Source of the DNA: Candidatus Iainarchaeum sp.
GTDB lineage: Archaea; Iainarchaeota; Iainarchaeia; Iainarchaeales; SKW153
Length of the DNA stretch: 64,000 bases
Reading direction: 5' to 3'
NCBI GenBank assembly: GCA_026414365.1
Contig: JAOAJD010000001.1
Coordinates: 413,745 to 477,744, forward strand
The translations under genes were made by a program, and so were the position numbers. The notes beneath the pieces were generated by a model. That model saw only the letters and a program-made list of their open reading frames with translations, had not been told where the DNA came from and did not search any database. Shown here in pieces: positions 8,234-16,721 of the stretch (position 1 is its first letter; every line of letters starts with the position of its first letter).

Positions 8234-10126
8234 TCATTTAAGTCTTAGTGCATCCAAATTTTTCAGCGCGTAAGAACTAACTTTAAATCTATTAGTCAAA
8301 TACCTCGCAAAGTCAACACAGTTCTGATTTTCTCCGTGGTTTACAACAATTCTCTTTGGAGCCGGTTTTATTGCTTTTATATAAGATACTAATTGGTTTC
8401 TGTCACTATGCCCAGAAAATCCTTCACAACTTTCGACTCTCATATTTATTTTCATTTCTCTTGTTTTTCCATTTTCTACAATCGGTATAGATCTTAATCC
8501 TCCTTGTATTTTTCTTCCTAGAGAGCCTTCTCCTTGCCAACCAACAAATATTAGTGTATTTCTTGGATCTTCAGCCATTGCATAGAGGTATCTTACTGAA
8601 ACACCACCTGTAAGCATTCCAGAAGATGCCAATATTATTGCTCCTTTTTCATTAACTATTACATCTCTATCATTAGATCTTGTTTCATGAAACAATTCTG
8701 AAGAGAAAGGCGAGTCATTATGTAATATTCTTGTTCTTACGTTTTGCCTTAGATATTCAGGATATGCTGTGTGTATTATCGAAGCCTCCTTTGTCATGCC
8801 GTCAATATAGCATTTTGTACCCTCAGGTAATAAACCTTTTTTATAAAAACTCTCCAAAACCAACATTATTTCTTGTGCTCTTCCAACTGCAAAAACAGGT
8901 ATTAGAACATTACCGCCCTGTTCCAAAGTTTCTTTAATTACTTTTAATAAATATTCTTCTGATTGTTGTCTATTTGGTTGAATATCATTTGAACCTCCGT
9001 AAGTACTTTCTATTATGAGAGTTTCTAACCTTGGATATTTAGTGTCAAGATTGTCAAATAATCTTGTAAAACCATATTTAAAGTCACCAGTGTATATAAC
9101 ATTATGTGCTCCTTGCCCAATGTGCAAATGTACAGAAGCACTTCCTAAAATATGAGCAGCATTATGGAAAGTTATTCTTATGTCAGGTGTAATATCAGTA
9201 ACTTCTCTATATTCTCTTGTTATGCAATATTTTACCATTTCTTTTACATCTCTCTCTGTATAAGGAGGTTCTTTATCATCTTTAATAAGTACATCAATAT
9301 AATCAAATTGTAATAATGCCATAAGATCTCTAGTTGGTTCAGTGCAATATACAGGTCCTCTATAGCCAAGTTTGAATAGATAAGGTACAAAGCCACTATG
9401 ATCTAAGTGAGCATGGCTAATTACAACGGCATCTATTTCATTAACAGGAAATCTTAAAGCGTCCAGGTATGGATATGGTTCTTCATTAGATGCAACATTT
9501 ATGCCACAATCTAACAATACTCTACTATCTTTAGTTTCTATCATCATACAACTTCTTCCAACTTCTCTAAAACCTCCTAATGCAGTTACTCTAATCCACC
9601 CATTTTGTGTTACAACATTTCCATAGATTTTATTAGCCAAAGCATACAAGATTTTTTTCCTTTCGTTTGAATATTTATGCAAATGGTGTCTTATTCCTTT
9701 TAATATCTCGCTTTCAGAAATAGGAGCTCTCTCTATTTTCGGAGTCCAACCGGTTGTTAAAGTTATTTGTTTAAGCGTTTCTCCACCTTTTCCTATTACT
9801 AAACCTGGTTTAAATGCTTCTATGATTACTTGACTAAAAGAGCTTTCAAACTCAATATTTTTTATGTCCGCATCTTTTGGCACTATCTCCAATATTTTTT
9901 GTTTCACAAATGCAGGATCTTTTTGTAAGCTTTTGTCTGTTCTAGTTTTTATTCTCTTTTTTAATTCTGCAGCTACTTCCGCTATATATTTTTCATTTTC
10001 GAAAAAAATTGCTGGATTCTTTGTGTATATTACAATCTCTGGTCCTTCAATATCTACATTTGTTACTTGCGCTTCTTTTGGTATATATTTGTCTACAACA
10101 GCCTTTACATGTTCTAAATATTCCAT
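8234..10126 (-). CDS. fttA: aCPSF1/FttA beta-CASP ribonuclease with N-terminal KH domains (transcription termination factor)
   Basis: 630 aa. KH-like GKGGETLK, metallo-beta-lactamase HAHLDHSG, beta-CASP and C-terminal H motifs. Typical archaeal CPSF1 architecture. Confidence 0.92.
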   Translation of the reverse strand: MEYLEHVKAVVDKYIPKEAQVTNVDIEGPEIVIYTKNPAIFFENEKYIAEVAAELKKRIKTRTDKSLQKDPAFVKQKILEIVPKDADIKNIEFESSFSQVIIEAFKPGLVIGKGGETLKQITLTTGWTPKIERAPISESEILKGIRHHLHKYSNERKKILYALANKIYGNVVTQNGWIRVTALGGFREVGRSCMMIETKDSRVLLDCGINVASNEEPYPYLDALRFPVNEIDAVVISHAHLDHSGFVPYLFKLGYRGPVYCTEPTRDLMALLQFDYIDVLIKDDKEPPYTERDVKEMVKYCITREYREVTDITPDIRITFHNAAHILGSASVHLHIGQGAHNVIYTGDFKYGFTRLFDNLDTKYPRLETLIIESTYGGSNDIQPNRQQSEEYLLKVIKETLEQGGNVLIPVFAVGRAQEIMLVLESFYKKGLLPEGTKCYIDGMTKEASIIHTAYPEYLRQNVRTRILHNDSPFSSELFHETRSNDRDVIVNEKGAIILASSGMLTGGVSVRYLYAMAEDPRNTLIFVGWQGEGSLGRKIQGGLRSIPIVENGKTREMKINMRVESCEGFSGHSDRNQLVSYIKAIKPAPKRIVVNHGENQNCVDFARYLTNRFKVSSYALKNLDALRLK

Positions 10127-10211
10127 AGCATATCAGCTCTACAAAATTTAAAAATGTCGATATGAGAATTTTCATATCTATAAATTTTAGGTTAAGAAAA
10201 GCTTCAGTTTT

Positions 10212-10862
10212 TTACTTTTTTGCTTTTTTTTGTTTTTGTGATTCTATTATTTTGCTTATTTCTTCTTGACTTAATTCTTTTACGCCCTCTTTATTTATCA
10301 CAACAACTGATACGGATAAACCACCCGAAAATACATCTCTTTTTTTGCCAGCTTCTATTGCTTTTATCGCTAATGCAATTGCTTCATCTTTTGTCATATC
10401 TTCACTGTAACCACTATCTAAAGTGTTTAATGCAAATTCGGTGCCAGATCCACTAACAGCATATTGCTTTCTTTCTAACAATCCACCTGATGGATCAACT
10501 TCATATAACTCTGGAGTTTCATTAATTCCTCCTATAATAAATTGTGCTAAAAAAGGAAAATATCTGTTTGCGTTGAGTATATTTGACAAAAGTGTTGCTG
10601 CGGCTTTGGGGGTAAATTTTGCAGCTCTTTCTATCTCATATAACTTTGCATGTGCTGTTAGAAATCTTATTATTGCTAGCGAATCTCCTACACTACCTGC
10701 ATTTGTAATTGCCAAATAATCTGTTATCTTATATATCTTTTGTGATTCTTCTTCATAAGCAATATGCCCCATAGATGCTCGCATATCTGCAGCTAATACA
10801 ATTGCATCTTTTATTTTTATGCCTACAGTTGTAGTACCTGTTTTGAGTTCTTTGTTTTCCAT
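10212..10862 (-). CDS. psmB: proteasome subunit beta
   Basis: Propeptide followed by the catalytic TTTVGIK N-terminus; GSG..A motifs; 216 aa. Confidence 0.92.
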   Translation of the reverse strand: MENKELKTGTTTVGIKIKDAIVLAADMRASMGHIAYEEESQKIYKITDYLAITNAGSVGDSLAIIRFLTAHAKLYEIERAAKFTPKAAATLLSNILNANRYFPFLAQFIIGGINETPELYEVDPSGGLLERKQYAVSGSGTEFALNTLDSGYSEDMTKDEAIALAIKAIEAGKKRDVFSGGLSVSVVVINKEGVKELSQEEISKIIESQKQKKAKK

Positions 10863-10928
10863 TAATCCACCAAAAAATAGAAATTCTTGATACTTAATTT
10901 TATTTAGGATAACATTTATAAAACAAAC

Positions 10929-11630
10929 TTATTTTTTGTTTTTCTCTTTATTGGTAACATTTTCTTCTTCGTTCTTGTCGATCACAAAACTAACCTTTTC
11001 TATATCTTTTATTTTTTTCTTTACAATTTCTCCAAAAGCTTCTTTCAAGACATCTAATTCTTTAGGAAGTTCTTTCTTGAGTTTAATAACTGCTTCTTTC
11101 TCTTTTATCTCAAAGCTAGGTTTATCTTTTAGTGGGAGATATTTTTCTAGTAAAGCTTTAAATTTTTCTTCTGTTGTTTTGAGCTCTTTAACTATTTTTA
11201 TATAATACTCAACCTCTTTGCCAGCCAAACTGTGATTAAAATCTACTCTAACTCTGCCACCGGATATTGACTGAACTCTGCCTATATTACCGTTAATCTC
11301 AACAGGCATTCCTACATATGGTCTTATTTTGTTTTTTAAGAATGCATTTAAAGGTACAATGTAAATGAGATCAGAATTTCTCTCACCAAAAGCTTTTTTT
11401 GGACCTAATTTTATTGTTCTTTCTTCTCCTTCTTTCATACTCTCTAGTTCTTCATCTATTCCTTCGACTATATCTTTATCTCCTATTACAATAGGTACTG
11501 GTCCATATCTTACTTCCTTTCTATATATACCATTCTTTTTAGCTACTTCTTCTTCAGTGGTATCAAAAACCATACCAGTTGATAATTCTTTGCCGATATA
11601 ACTAACAAGTACTATGCTGCCCTTTTCCAA
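10929..11630 (-). CDS. long-type FKBP peptidyl-prolyl cis-trans isomerase
   Basis: N-terminal FKBP core (VLVSYIGKE..GMVFDTT, LAGKEVEYYIKIV) with insert-in-flap region and C-terminal helical domain. TTG start 3 nt after AGGTGAT. Confidence 0.85.
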   Translation of the reverse strand: MEKGSIVLVSYIGKELSTGMVFDTTEEEVAKKNGIYRKEVRYGPVPIVIGDKDIVEGIDEELESMKEGEERTIKLGPKKAFGERNSDLIYIVPLNAFLKNKIRPYVGMPVEINGNIGRVQSISGGRVRVDFNHSLAGKEVEYYIKIVKELKTTEEKFKALLEKYLPLKDKPSFEIKEKEAVIKLKKELPKELDVLKEAFGEIVKKKIKDIEKVSFVIDKNEEENVTNKEKNKK

Positions 11631-11730
11631 CTAATCACCTTAAAATTTTGTATGTAGCTTCTAGTTACTTAGTAGAACCAAAATAGTATTTCTTATTAAA
11701 ATAATATAGCCACATTAAATTAATATAATT

Positions 11731-13062
11731 ATGGATAAGCAAGAAAAAAACAATCTACTGGTATGGCTTATTGTTATTGTAATGTTAGGTTCAACATTAG
11801 GGTATGCTTTGCTTTCTTCAGGATATTTTAAAGAGAACAAGCAAGAGACAAACCAAGAAGAAAATACCTCTTCAATTAATTTTAAGGCTAGTGATGTTAA
11901 TGCAGTAGTTAAGGAGATTTATAATAGTATGATTTTCTTAGCATATACAGATTTAGAGCTAAAAGACGCAGATAGCAAAATATATTCAGTAGATGGAATA
12001 AAAAAAGTTTCTTCTACATGGATGCCGGAATCTAGTTCTGGTTTAGGCAATCCCATTTACAGAGCAAATATTATTTTCTCAAAAAGGGATCCTTATGATT
12101 TATATTCAGAGCTTTCTAAAATTTCTGATTTTAAACAATCGACAGCATATTTAAACGCCTTGGTTGAGCTTCCTAAAGTTATTACTATTTATAACAAAGA
12201 TCTTAATATGCAGAGAGAGTATACACTTAATGACCAACTGGTTAATGCAATAATTTCCATTGAGAGCAAAAAAGGAGATCTTCTTTTGGTTTCAGTAGAT
12301 CTTTCTCTCTCAGGTTCAAAAGAGAAATATTTAAGTTGTATTGAAACTGCAAATTTATCAGCTCGGCCAAAAATGTTTCTTAAAGATGAAAATTTTACTA
12401 TTTCAACTATAAAACCTGTTCTTAACATAAATGCAGTTTTAAAGCTTTCTAAGGCTAATGAAGACATAAATTTGGAAAAATTAATAGATGATATCAACTC
12501 TTTTGAAAATGTTTTATCTACAAATCTAAGATTTTCAAATCCATCTAATTATTTCGTTATTTCTCTAGATAGTAATTATGAAAGTTTGCAGTCTGACTTA
12601 AATAGTGCCCTTTATGGCATAAACGGTGTCTCAAATGTATCTTTTTATCCATCAAGTCAAGAAATTTTGATAGATTACAATACCAATAATTTTATGTCTC
12701 TTAAACAAAGCATAGAAGAAATCATCACATCTTTCAATTTTAAGATAAAAGATTTTGATGAACCATCTTATACTTTATTAGGTGATTTAAATACTGATTC
12801 AGTAGAACATAATCTAGAACTCTCTGAAAAGATTTTTAATCTCCTAAATGAAAGAAATTTTGAATCTAAGATAATGCAATATGCAACTTTCGATGTTAAC
12901 TATTTTTATTCAGAAAACGGTGAAAAACATATTTTAGAAGATGGAAATTTTTCAGCTTTAGTTAAACCATCTCACAATGTTGGTGATTTGGCTAATCTTT
13001 ATGTTCAATACTATGTAGTTAGAGATAAGATAGTCTATATAAATGCTAAAGAAAAAGAATAG
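11731..13062 (+). CDS. hypothetical N-terminally anchored extracytoplasmic protein
   Basis: 443 aa. Single N-terminal TM (LLVWLIVIVMLGSTLGYALL), then an Asn/Ser-rich mixed alpha/beta body. No family recognised. Confidence 0.65.
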   Translation: MDKQEKNNLLVWLIVIVMLGSTLGYALLSSGYFKENKQETNQEENTSSINFKASDVNAVVKEIYNSMIFLAYTDLELKDADSKIYSVDGIKKVSSTWMPESSSGLGNPIYRANIIFSKRDPYDLYSELSKISDFKQSTAYLNALVELPKVITIYNKDLNMQREYTLNDQLVNAIISIESKKGDLLLVSVDLSLSGSKEKYLSCIETANLSARPKMFLKDENFTISTIKPVLNINAVLKLSKANEDINLEKLIDDINSFENVLSTNLRFSNPSNYFVISLDSNYESLQSDLNSALYGINGVSNVSFYPSSQEILIDYNTNNFMSLKQSIEEIITSFNFKIKDFDEPSYTLLGDLNTDSVEHNLELSEKIFNLLNERNFESKIMQYATFDVNYFYSENGEKHILEDGNFSALVKPSHNVGDLANLYVQYYVVRDKIVYINAKEKE

Positions 13063-13256
13063 GAAAGAATAAATAATACACTTTTATTAATACACTTTTT
13101 TATTTTTTAGTTTTTATTTAAATTGGTGTTGGAACTAAAAAATATTTCTCTTGATTAATTGTTATTTCGTTTTTGTATATAAAATAATTAAGATTGTTCT
13201 AAATATTCCTCACTTCAAAAAATATTAGAGGTAAGATTCAAACAATATAATTACTT

Positions 13257-13619
13257 TCACTTACCATACTTTTCTTTTAGCTTTATTATTGCTTCTGCTA
13301 TGTCTCTACCACAATCTAAATAGGCTTTCATTGCTTCTTCCTTAGAAGCATTGGTTTGTTGCATTATAATCTTAATATCTTCTTCATAATTGGCATTTTC
13401 ATTTTCCTGATTTATCATTTTTTCATTTCCATATATATTGTATGTTTTTGTCCCTTTCATTTCTACGCACGTAACATTTGGATTTTCTATTATTATTTTG
13501 CCACCTTCTTTTAACTCTATTACTACTTTATTTGCATTTATCTCATTAGACTTTATACCTAACTGTTTCATCATTGCTTGTATCTGTTTTGGATTTATAT
13601 TGCCCATTCCAGGAAACAA
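13257..13619 (-). CDS. nac: nascent polypeptide-associated complex protein (archaeal NAC)
   Basis: NPKQIQAMMKQLGIK N-terminus, NAC beta-barrel region, C-terminal UBA-like EEAMKAYLDCGRDIAEAI. TTG start 3 nt after GAGGTGAT. Confidence 0.88.
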   Translation of the reverse strand: MFPGMGNINPKQIQAMMKQLGIKSNEINANKVVIELKEGGKIIIENPNVTCVEMKGTKTYNIYGNEKMINQENENANYEEDIKIIMQQTNASKEEAMKAYLDCGRDIAEAIIKLKEKYGK

Positions 13620-13623
13620 AAAA

Positions 13624-14202
13624 TCACCTCAAAACTTTCAAATCTTTCCACCAACTCATAGATTTTCTTCTCAATAGAGCTTTAAATATAATCTTTGCCT
13701 CTCTTGTTTTTAATCTTGGCTTTATTTTGTTTAGCCAGTCTGAAGCATTTTCATAGCCTGCTTCAAGATACTCTTTTGCTTGAAAGGCACATTCTAAATA
13801 ATCAGCATCTTTGACTATTGTTGATTCAATTGTTTTTTCTTCAAATAGCTCTTGCATTAACTTTTTATATTCTTCCAAAAAAACATATTTGCTCTGTTCT
13901 TCTATAACTTTTTTTGCTATTTTCTTGTTATCTAAATATCTACTTCCAACTTTATGTATATCATTTATTCTAGCTTCATGTATATCATGCATTATTGCCA
14001 TTTTAAGACATTTTTCAGCATCAACATTTTTCATTTTTGCGAGAAAATATGCTATCAAAGACATCCTAAATGAATGATCAGCAACACTTTCAGGTGTTTT
14101 AACCCAACAAAAATACCAGCCTGTTCTTGGCAAACATTTTAACAACCCGATCTCGAAGAAGAAGTCAACCATCTCATATACTTTATTTTTTTTCTTTTTC
14201 AT
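13624..14202 (-). CDS. HD-domain phosphohydrolase (YfbR-like 5'-deoxynucleotidase family)
   Basis: LPRTGW..., ESVADHS, HDIHE and DADYLE motifs in the canonical HD-superfamily order. Confidence 0.8.
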   Translation of the reverse strand: MKKKKNKVYEMVDFFFEIGLLKCLPRTGWYFCWVKTPESVADHSFRMSLIAYFLAKMKNVDAEKCLKMAIMHDIHEARINDIHKVGSRYLDNKKIAKKVIEEQSKYVFLEEYKKLMQELFEEKTIESTIVKDADYLECAFQAKEYLEAGYENASDWLNKIKPRLKTREAKIIFKALLRRKSMSWWKDLKVLR

Positions 14203-14253
14203 AATATCATTTAATTCGGATATTTTTAAATTTAAATATAATAAATCATATTT

Positions 14254-14892
14254 ATGGCTAAAATATTTACTAATTATGACGATTTTGTTAATAGCTTCAA
14301 AGATTTTAACAATAGAAAGAGACTTGAAGCATTAAAGAGATATCTTGCTAGAGGTGGAGTAATCTCTGCAAAACAAATTGGTTCTAGAATAATTTTGTCT
14401 TATCCAGACCCCCAAAGAGTTATTAAGCAGATAGATGAGTTAAAAAAGAGAAAAGAGATTTATGAGAAACAATATGCTGATTGGAAAAAAAAGAAAGATT
14501 CCGCGCAGTTTTATGATATAAAAAATAAGATTCTCAAATATTCTGATCCTGTATATTGGAAACATTTAGCAAAATATTTTTCGGATAAGGACTATAAACA
14601 AGATGTTGATAATGTGAAGTTACCGGTACATTTAGTAGCAGATGAACGTTGGAAGCCCATGATTAAAATGTTTGTTGAGGATCCAGAATATAGAGCAAAT
14701 CTAGTTGAGACTTTTAATAATTCGATAGTTTATAAAAAAGATAAAAAGCTTGCCAAGTATGCGGATCAGATAAAGTCCTTCAGGATAGATATAAGTAATA
14801 AGGTTTTAGAAGATTTAGAGCAAAAGATTTTGGATCTCCAGAAGGATATAGACGCTCTAAATGAAATATTCAATTGGAGTAAAGAAAAATAA
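14254..14892 (+). CDS. hypothetical protein
   Basis: 212-aa charged helical ORF directly upstream of orc1/cdc6. No family recognised. Confidence 0.6.
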   Translation: MAKIFTNYDDFVNSFKDFNNRKRLEALKRYLARGGVISAKQIGSRIILSYPDPQRVIKQIDELKKRKEIYEKQYADWKKKKDSAQFYDIKNKILKYSDPVYWKHLAKYFSDKDYKQDVDNVKLPVHLVADERWKPMIKMFVEDPEYRANLVETFNNSIVYKKDKKLAKYADQIKSFRIDISNKVLEDLEQKILDLQKDIDALNEIFNWSKEK

Positions 14893-14921
14893 ATTTCAAT
14901 TTAAAACAAAAAGGTATTTAT

Positions 14922-14953
14922 CTAATCAAATATTAGGAAAACTAATCTATTAG
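14922..14953. promoter_or_regulatory. pair of short inverted repeats CTAAT-N(5/2)-ATTAG upstream of orc1/cdc6
   Basis: ctaatcaaatattag (14922-14936) and ctaatctattag (14942-14953), the latter running into TAGTGGAAT. Function unknown (promoter operator or origin-recognition-like element). Confidence 0.25.
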
Positions 14954-14983
14954 TGGAATTTTGTTTGCTTCCCTAACTCAATA

Positions 14984-16231
14984 TTGTTAAAACATCTTTT
15001 CTTTTGCTATTATAGGGGGTTTGGTTTGATAGCTGAAAGTATCTTCAAAAGCGAATTTGATAAAAATTCTGTATTTTTAGATAGAAACCTTATAATGCCT
15101 TCATACATCCCTGACGAATTGCCTTTTAGAGAAAAACAGATAGAAGAAGTTAGTAGAGTAATAGCACCAGCATTGAAGGGTCAGAGACCAGAGAATCTTT
15201 TTATATATGGAAAAGTTGGAACAGGAAAAACATCCGTATCAAAACACGTTATGAAAAAATTCAACGAATTTGCTTCTAACAATAAAATAAACGCAGAATG
15301 TTATTATGTGAATTGTAGAACTCACAACACGGTTTATAAAGTTTTAAATAAAATAGCAAAAGATATATATGCTGAAGAAAGTTTTATAGGTTTTCCTAGT
15401 ACCTTCATATACGAAAAGATTTTAGAATATTCAAAACAACAAAAACATATTATCTTTATTTTAGACGAGATAGACAAGGTCAGAGACTTAGATGAATTAA
15501 TGTATAATCTTACAAGAGCGAATGATGAGCTGGACAAAGGATCTATTTCAGTTATAGGAATTTCAAATAATGTATTATTTAAAGACAGATTGGATGCAAG
15601 AACTAAAAGTAGTTTATGTGAAAAGGAGTTGGTATTTCCGCCATATAATGCAGAAGAGCTAATAGAAATATTGAAAAAGAGAGCTAAATTAGCTTTTAAA
15701 GAAGGAGCTATTTCAACCTCTGCAATAAGTTTGGCTGCAGCATATGCAGCAAAAGAAAGCGGTGATGCAAGAACTGCTGTATTGCTTCTCTTAAAAGCAG
15801 GCGAAATTGCAGACAGGCTTTCTTTAAACATCGTCGAAGATGAACAAGTAAAAGCTGCAAAAAGTCTAGTAGAAGAAGAGATTGTTTTAAGTCTTATAAG
15901 TACTCTACCTAGTCAACAAAAGTTGGTTTTGTATGCAATAGCCAAATTAAGTTTAGATAAAAAACCAATAAAATCTTTAATTGGTTTAGAACAAGGAGTA
16001 TTATTTTCTGGAGAGATTTACGAAGAGTATACAAGATTAGCAAAAAAGTTTAAAGAAAGCATCGTATCTGCGCGATGGTATAGAGAGTATATTTCAGAGC
16101 TAGAGGTATATGGTCTTATTATTACAACAAATTCTGGAAAAGGAATAAAAGGTCAAACTAGGTTAATAAAATTAGCTTCAGATCCAACAAAGATAAGAGA
16201 TGTGTTAGAAAAGGAACTCTTTGGAAATTGA
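14984..16231 (+). CDS. cdc6: Orc1/Cdc6 replication initiator
   Basis: Walker A GKVGTGKTS, Walker B IFILDEID, PYNAEEL sensor region, C-terminal winged helix. Real start probably TTG at 15026, after a GGGGG SD-like run. Confidence 0.93.
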   Translation: MLKHLFFCYYRGFGLIAESIFKSEFDKNSVFLDRNLIMPSYIPDELPFREKQIEEVSRVIAPALKGQRPENLFIYGKVGTGKTSVSKHVMKKFNEFASNNKINAECYYVNCRTHNTVYKVLNKIAKDIYAEESFIGFPSTFIYEKILEYSKQQKHIIFILDEIDKVRDLDELMYNLTRANDELDKGSISVIGISNNVLFKDRLDARTKSSLCEKELVFPPYNAEELIEILKKRAKLAFKEGAISTSAISLAAAYAAKESGDARTAVLLLLKAGEIADRLSLNIVEDEQVKAAKSLVEEEIVLSLISTLPSQQKLVLYAIAKLSLDKKPIKSLIGLEQGVLFSGEIYEEYTRLAKKFKESIVSARWYREYISELEVYGLIITTNSGKGIKGQTRLIKLASDPTKIRDVLEKELFGN

Positions 16232-16294
16232 TTTTGCACAAGCAAAGAGGTCCTGTTTTGTTATTTATAAATAACGTTTTTTATTTTATTTGAG

Positions 16295-16648
16295 GTGATT
16301 GCTTTGCCTTATCCAGTAAGAAAATTTAGAGTTGGTTCAATTAGTGTTGCAATATGGCAAAATGATAGTAAAGATGGTAACAAGTTTTACTCAGTTACGC
16401 TAGATAGAAGATACAAGGATAAAGACGGTAGTTGGAAAAGTTCTAACAATTTAGGCATTAATGATCTACCAAAAGCAATATTGGCTTTACAAAAAGCTTA
16501 CGAATTTGTTTTGTTTAAAGAGCCTGAGTTGCAAGAAGATATTAATGAAGATATTAAAGAAAATGATGAAAATAATGAAGAAATTAATGGAGATGTAGTT
16601 TCGAGAGGTCCAAAAGAAGATTTTAATAAAGATCTTTTTGATTTTTAA
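16295..16648 (+). CDS. small PC4-like putative ssDNA-binding protein with acidic C-terminal tail (tentative)
   Basis: Strong SD GAGGTGAT at 16292-16299, probable TTG start at 16304. N-terminal beta-rich core plus helix, then a 45-aa acidic tail ending DLFDF. Confidence 0.55.
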   Translation: MIALPYPVRKFRVGSISVAIWQNDSKDGNKFYSVTLDRRYKDKDGSWKSSNNLGINDLPKAILALQKAYEFVLFKEPELQEDINEDIKENDENNEEINGDVVSRGPKEDFNKDLFDF

Positions 16649-16721
16649 TAATCTTTTTGTTTTTAGAGTGCATAATGTTCAACGAATTCGCAATAACAGA
16701 GTTAATTTTTTATAACTTATA

